Of a stretch of DNA of 64,000 nt, positions 59,108-64,000 are shown piece by piece. Each line of letters starts with the position of its first letter. The stretch's first letter is position 1. The translations under genes were made by a program, and so were the position numbers. Where the stretch lies: contig CBDAOY010000005.1 of the NCBI GenBank assembly GCA_965198225.1, forward strand, positions 672,001 through 736,000. Reading direction: 5' to 3'. The notes beneath the pieces were generated by a model. It was not told where the DNA came from, made no database searches, and saw only the letters and a list, made by a program, of their open reading frames with translations. The DNA is from Terriglobia bacterium. Its GTDB lineage: Bacteria; Acidobacteriota; Terriglobia; 20CM-2-55-15.

Positions 59108-59797
59108 TTGGATGCAATCAAGTCATCGCCCGATCTTGCGCAAGCCGAAGGAATGCCCGGTGCGCGTGACTTGAAGCTCGTCGCGGCGGTACTCGAGAAA
59201 GACCGGAAAGCGACCGCGGAGTTTGTGGAACTTCACGCCGACAGTATCTATGGCTACGTTCACCACCGGCTCATACCGAGGGCGGATCTGGTGGATGACA
59301 TTGTCCAGGAGGTGTTCCTGGCCGCATGGGACAATCTCCACAAATTCAAGGGAACATCATCTCTGCGAACCTGGCTGCTTGGCATCGCTCGACACAAGGT
59401 GGAGAGTTATTATCGCCGCCGGTTGCGGGAACCGGGGCCTATCGCCCAGGACGAGCCGGATTCGGCGCCGTATGCGGATGACCCGCAGTTGGAAAAGAGC
59501 CTGGACCGCGAACGCCTGATGGCGAGGACCAGGAAGATACTCGAGAGCCTGCCTGAAACCTACGGCCTCGTTCTCCTGTGGCGTTATTGGGAAAAGAGGA
59601 GCGTACGGGACATCGCTCGGAGTGTGGATAAGACTGAAAAAGCCGTGGAACGGACTCTGGCACGAGCCCGGAAAGCATTCAAACGGGAGGTGGAATCGTG
59701 GAGACGATTCGTAATACCGGGGATAATTTTTTTCAATGGCTTGCCGCGGAAGATCAGTCCGCTGACTTGCCCGGGCCATCAGCGCCCGCCTCCTTGA
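59108..59797 (+). CDS. ECF sigma factor (tail possibly frameshifted)
   Basis: DDIVQEVFLAAW, LRTWLLGIARHK, region 4 SVRDIA...AVERTLARAR. Confidence 0.88.
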   Translation: MDAIKSSPDLAQAEGMPGARDLKLVAAVLEKDRKATAEFVELHADSIYGYVHHRLIPRADLVDDIVQEVFLAAWDNLHKFKGTSSLRTWLLGIARHKVESYYRRRLREPGPIAQDEPDSAPYADDPQLEKSLDRERLMARTRKILESLPETYGLVLLWRYWEKRSVRDIARSVDKTEKAVERTLARARKAFKREVESWRRFVIPGIIFFNGLPRKISPLTCPGHQRPPP

Positions 59798-60045
59798 AGT
59801 CGAAAACTTACTCAGCTCTGCTGAATCGCCAGGAAGAGTCGGGTCCACTCCTCAATGTGTCCAGGACGAAGCCGACTCGCGGCCTGTGCGTTTTCGAGAA
59901 CCTCGTCGAGATCTCTCCCCTGGCAGCGAATATGGGATCGTTCAATTTTTGCAGCCTGTGTCATGCCCGGCTTCTGGCCGAGAGAATGGAAAAGGCGCCC
60001 ATCTACTGGCCCGGTTGCCCGTATGTGGGTTTCCAGAACCGTTAG
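59698..60045 (+). CDS. Small soluble Cys-rich protein, putative anti-sigma/partner
   Basis: GGAGG RBS; overlaps the sigma gene end; LCVFE, FCSLCHAR, WPGCPY. Confidence 0.7.
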   Translation: METIRNTGDNFFQWLAAEDQSADLPGPSAPASLKSKTYSALLNRQEESGPLLNVSRTKPTRGLCVFENLVEISPLAANMGSFNFCSLCHARLLAERMEKAPIYWPGCPYVGFQNR

Positions 60046-60091
60046 TGACCTGTCTCATTCGGTTTGATAGGGCGAAACTCTAGGATCGGGT

Positions 60092-60358
60092 GTAGGGGCG
60101 CTCTATGAAGCTGTGAACGAATTATGGGAACGGAAAATCGGGTGGCGGGGCTTTTCACGTGTAGGTGCGGTCTATGACCGCACAACTTGTGGTCCCGCGG
60201 GCATTTGTGCGCTCATAGAGCGCACCTACACTTGAGGATCGCAGGTTCTTCATGAAAAGCCCCGCCACCCGATTCTCAAACAAATGGCATTCGTTCACAG
60301 CTTGTATGAGCGCACATCGTTTCGGCTCGAAGAATGTGCGGTCATAGACCGCACCTAC
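60092..60358. repeat. Family 1 REP doublet interrupted by a MITE
   Basis: Removing 60107-60307 restores a doublet nearly identical to 376-437. Confidence 0.8.
60107..60304. mobile_element. 198-bp MITE with long imperfect TIRs, TAT target duplication and internal REP doublet (60161-60229)
   Basis: GAAGCTGTGAACGAAT..ATCGGGTGGCGGGGCTTTTCA / TGAAAAGCCCCGCCACCCGAT..ATTCGTTCACAGCTTG, flanked by TAT on both sides. Confidence 0.8.
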
Positions 60359-60391
60359 ACCTACTTAGGATCTCCGCCCTCCAAGTGCAGA

Positions 60392-61060
60392 CTAGAAACG
60401 CCGAATAAACCCGAAAAGATTCTGAAAATTCGCCAGGTTCCGCATGCCCGGCGGTGCAAGCTCGGCACTGATCGGGTTTCCTCGAATCGTTTCGCTGAAG
60501 CTGTAGCGCAGGTACCAGCCCGAACCGACAGCGAGATCAATCCCGACAGCGACCCGCAGGACGGGCTTGCTCGAGCTGAAGTTCATGGGCGGTGCAGACG
60601 GCATACCGCGGATGGCCAGAAGCTCTCGCCGGCTGCTCTCAAAGTAAGCAAAACCAAACCCGGCCGAGAGGTACGGACGTAGAGTATCCTCCCGGTTCCG
60701 GAAGTAGAGCAGCAGGTCTCCGATCACGCTGTGCTGGACGCTGTCTCTCGCCTGTTCGTAGAACCTATCGCCGTCTTCGGACACCGCCGTGGATGTGAGC
60801 ACCAGGCTGTTCCGATTCCACACGTAGTTTCCCTGCAGGGTCAGAAATCTGGTGAGGTCCACTCCACCAACGAGATTCATCGCGGCACCGTTCTCGGGCT
60901 TGTAGACCGAGACGGCGGCGGAACTGGAATCGATCACGGATCGCCCGTCGGCCGAAAGCGTGGAAATGCCGACCAGAACTCCGGCATAGCCGGCGCCCTG
61001 CGCAAAAAGACCGCTGTGGCAACCAAGAGCGATCAGGAGCACCCCAAGTCCTTTCGTCAT
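60392..61060 (-). CDS. Small outer-membrane beta-barrel protein
   Basis: Signal peptide, RPYLSAGFG, C-terminal Phe. Confidence 0.75.
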   Translation of the reverse strand: MTKGLGVLLIALGCHSGLFAQGAGYAGVLVGISTLSADGRSVIDSSSAAVSVYKPENGAAMNLVGGVDLTRFLTLQGNYVWNRNSLVLTSTAVSEDGDRFYEQARDSVQHSVIGDLLLYFRNREDTLRPYLSAGFGFAYFESSRRELLAIRGMPSAPPMNFSSSKPVLRVAVGIDLAVGSGWYLRYSFSETIRGNPISAELAPPGMRNLANFQNLFGFIRRF

Positions 61061-61256
61061 GTCTGATCCTTCCCGAGACTTCCAGAACGGCTTACCGGCA
61101 GATCCGAAAACATTCTCACCAGGCAAGGGGGATTTTACGTTTCAGAACGACTATCCACAACAGCCCTTACCGGCGCGCGGCACCGCCGAAGCGCGTTGCC
61201 GTGCGCTCATTTGCGACGCGGAGATGTATTTCCAAAAGGAAAAGAAAGGACTACAA

Positions 61257-61955
61257 ATGAAACGCTTATCAACCCGATCCCGACGCTGGCCACTGTGGAT
61301 CAGAGCGGCGCTGCCGGCGCTGGCGTTCCTGCTTGGGGTGCAAACCGCCTCGGCACAGAGTTTCTCCTACGAAGTCACCATTACGAATCTGACCCGAGGG
61401 CAGCAGTTTACGCCCATCCTGGTCGCGACCCACAGGTCGAACGTGCAACTCTTCGAGTTGGGCTCTCCGGCAAGTACGCAACTCGAGACCCTAGCCGAGG
61501 AGGGTAATACCGCTCCGCTGACCACGCTGCTCAGAGCGACAGAGGGCGTGTTTGACGTCAATGCATCCGTGGGCCTGTTGAATCCGGGCGCCTCGGTGAC
61601 CGTACAGGTCAGCTCAGCATGGAGATTCGCTCAGTTCAGCGTCGCTGCGATGCTGATACCCACGAACGACGCCTTCTTTGCAGTGCAGGGCGCCCAGCTT
61701 CCAGTTTTCCGTCGGAGCCTGACTTCAATGGCGACAGCCTACGATGCCGGTGGCGAACCGAACGACGAGCTTTGCGCATCGATCCCCGGCCCGTTCTTTA
61801 CGGAATGTGAGGGACCCGGCCTGGGAGGACCCCCGGCGGGAGGCGAAGGCTATGTCCACGTCCATGCAGGGATGCACGGAATCGGGGATATGAACGCCTC
61901 CATGCGGGACTGGCGGAACCCGGTCGCAAAGATCAGTGTTCGGCAGGTTCCATGA
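61257..61955 (+). CDS. Secreted spondin-N domain protein
   Basis: YEVTITNLT..Q.FTP...ATH, LAEEG, MLIPTNDAF, AYDAG. Confidence 0.85.
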   Translation: MKRLSTRSRRWPLWIRAALPALAFLLGVQTASAQSFSYEVTITNLTRGQQFTPILVATHRSNVQLFELGSPASTQLETLAEEGNTAPLTTLLRATEGVFDVNASVGLLNPGASVTVQVSSAWRFAQFSVAAMLIPTNDAFFAVQGAQLPVFRRSLTSMATAYDAGGEPNDELCASIPGPFFTECEGPGLGGPPAGGEGYVHVHAGMHGIGDMNASMRDWRNPVAKISVRQVP

Positions 61956-62049
61956 AAATAGGGCGGGAAAATAGGGGCAGGCTCAGGGCAGGCTCCAATG
62001 TCCCTATTTTCCGAGCCCGAACAGCGCGGGCAAAGTGACAACGCTCATG

Positions 62050-62475
62050 TCATTCCGTCAGCTCGGGCAGAAGTCGGAAGGCTGAGCAGTGTTTCGGCCG
62101 GTATATACCGAAGTCCCGGCGGTCCAGCGTGAGGATGTCCCGGATCTTCAGCCGCTCTGCGACCGCCATGACAGTTGCGTCCACAAGGCCGAACCTGGAG
62201 TCCCGGTACTGGTCGAGAATGTCGATGACTCGGTTCAGATCTCCGGTCGTCGGCTGCTCGACAATTAGCTCCTCCGCCGCCAAAGACCGAAGAAAACTCA
62301 ACTCTGCTTCCGGGCCCAAACGTTCCAGCACGATCGCGCATGTTTCCCAGACGACTGGACCCGGCACGATCAGGGTATCGGGATTTGCGATCAGGTGTTC
62401 GCGGACGGTCTTATGTCGGAAGTCTCTTTGGTCGGCCAGCGCAAAGAGGACTCCTGTGTCAACGACGGCGGCCAC
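62050..62475 (-). CDS. vapC: PIN-domain VapC toxin
   Basis: VVDTGVL, E, LVDA.VMAVAER, ILTLDRRDF. Confidence 0.88.
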   Translation of the reverse strand: MAAVVDTGVLFALADQRDFRHKTVREHLIANPDTLIVPGPVVWETCAIVLERLGPEAELSFLRSLAAEELIVEQPTTGDLNRVIDILDQYRDSRFGLVDATVMAVAERLKIRDILTLDRRDFGIYRPKHCSAFRLLPELTE

Positions 62476-62719
62476 CAGATCCCTCGTGAGGATCGATCGT
62501 CGCTCCGAGCGTTCCCTCAAGTTTTTCGGAGATCTTACCCGCTCCCGTCCCCTTGCTCTTCCCGACGCCAGTGAATGATGGCAGCCCCCCGGGCGGTTGC
62601 TTCCGGAGATACTCCGTCAGGGCCTCTTTAATGATTTGGGTGGCGGTCGTGCCCTTCTTGCTTGCCAATGCTTTGACTTCGAGCATCACGGTGTCCTCTA
62701 AAAGAATGGTGGTTCGCAT
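62459..62719 (-). CDS. vapB: RHH antitoxin (VapB/CopG-like)
   Basis: MRTTILLED..IIKEALTEYL; overlaps the PIN gene start. Confidence 0.8.
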   Translation of the reverse strand: MRTTILLEDTVMLEVKALASKKGTTATQIIKEALTEYLRKQPPGGLPSFTGVGKSKGTGAGKISEKLEGTLGATIDPHEGSGGRRR

Positions 62720-62832
62720 AGGGCTAATCCTGCGTATGTATATGCTAGCATATCAGCTTGAAAAGAACACGTCGTTGCCACACACACATATGACTTATTT
62801 TTCAATCACATATAACGCGTAGAGCCTTGACG

Positions 62833-63100
62833 TCACTTCAATTTCGAACGGAAGAATCCTGGGCTGGAAGTACAAGGCGGGTTCGGGAGCCCCGGCGCGG
62901 ACGTCCATCTGTTGGACCGCCCATCTGGTGAGACGAGGGCGCCGGCCTCGATGAACTCTTCGGTCAAGAGATGTTTCAACTCGCGGTCTCCGTCCATCGA
63001 CAAGGTACCGATGTCGAAACCGGTGGTGTCGTTGAAGACCTCGGAAAGCAACATCGTGTTTCCGTCACTCCTAAGGGTGTCCCTGCCGTGAGAGCCATTG
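62833..63100 (-). pseudogene. Fragment of a TolB/PD40 beta-propeller (kinase C-terminal type)
   Basis: DGNTMLL, DIGTLSMDGDRELKHLL..F.E....VSPDGR. Confidence 0.45.
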
Positions 63101-63325
63101 CTGCGACTGTCTCCCAGCCGTTCCTTCGGCAATGTCCGGAAAAACTTGCGCAAATGGTATTAGTTAGAGGAAGGAGTTGGAAGCAATCTAACGCCACTTG
63201 GCTCTGAGGCGGTATTGCGGGTTTCGTCAGTCAGACAAATGGGCCAAATTAGATGAAAATCGTGCCGAACCGCGGAAGTCGGGTTAGAGGAAGGGAATTG
63301 CGGGTTTCGCAGTCAGACGGAATTG

Positions 63326-64000
63326 CTAACGCAGGGCCTGCTGCTCGAGGTTCAGAACAACCTCAGCCAGCACCGACAGCAGGGCCCAATCCGCCTCCGG
63401 GTGCTGGGTGGCTGCGGGATCTCCCGCGTAGGTGTCGAAGAGAACGTACTTTGCATCGAGTGCGCAAAGACCCTCGAGATCGGTCCGAATCTGATCGAGC
63501 GTTCCTTCTCCGGCCGTTCGCTCGTTGTCGTCCAATGTCGATTCGGTACGCCGGAGGCTGAGTCTGGGGCAGAGATCGGGCACCGGAGTTCCTGCCGCCT
63601 CCGCTATTCTCCGTAGTCGCGGCATACCCTCGTCCTTCAGCCACGTCACTCGAGTTCGGATCGGATGCCACGCGTTGCCGTATCGAACGGCCCTCCGGAG
63701 AGCCGCATCGCTCGAGCCCCCAACCCAGACTGGAGGGTGAGGCGATCTCGCCGGGCGTGGCGCCGTGTGAACATCCGTGAAGGAAACATACTTTCCGTCA
63801 TGGGAAATCACGTCGGAGGCCCAGGACTTTCGGATTACTTCGAGATATTCATTGGCGATCGCACCCCTCTGATTGAACGGCACACCGAGTGCTTCGAATT
63901 CCTGCCTGGCCCAACCTACGCCCACGCCGAGGATGAAGCGTCCGCCGCTCATCTGGTCAATGTTGGCTGCTACTCTTGCGATCTGAAGCGGGTGGCGGTA
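63326..64000 (-). CDS. LLM-class (putative F420-dependent) oxidoreductase, 5' truncated by window edge
   Basis: SGGRFILGVGVGW...EF, PPVWVGGSS.AALRRA. Confidence 0.88.
   Translation of the reverse strand, partial: YRHPLQIARVAANIDQMSGGRFILGVGVGWARQEFEALGVPFNQRGAIANEYLEVIRKSWASDVISHDGKYVSFTDVHTAPRPARSPHPPVWVGGSSDAALRRAVRYGNAWHPIRTRVTWLKDEGMPRLRRIAEAAGTPVPDLCPRLSLRRTESTLDDNERTAGEGTLDQIRTDLEGLCALDAKYVLFDTYAGDPAATQHPEADWALLSVLAEVVLNLEQQALR

Noticed and set aside
59950-59964. CSLCH as a c-type cytochrome site
   Set aside because: No signal peptide, so periplasmic heme attachment is unlikely; a metal-binding role fits better

Overview
GC-rich chromosomal window, most likely from an Acidobacteriota genome or MAG (ADOP-type duplicated permeases with PadR, large Ser/Thr kinase-TPR protein, DUF1501/DUF1549-DUF1553 module). 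It carries housekeeping genes (selB, maf, tatA, pgi, rqcH/NFACT, lptD, hemB, hemL, ggt, rlpA), a MacAB-like efflux operon, two TA-like pairs and a class C group II intron inserted right after a terminator. Main observations: (1) an actin-fold protein resembling haloarchaeal volactin lies next to a bactofilin; (2) an ArsC/Spx-like selenoprotein (UxxC, SECIS-like hairpin) is missed by the ORF track, with selB 4 kb away; (3) about ten heterodimeric GTAG REP doublets occur, plus a 198-bp MITE that inserts into the REP loop and carries its own REP doublet; (4) at least four other palindromic repeat families are present, sometimes stacked; (5) an ECF sigma factor is coupled to a small soluble Cys-rich partner; (6) two ADOP loci share a putative PadR operator. 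Several frameshifts and tandem duplications may be assembly errors. All calls come from manual motif reading; no searches were run.
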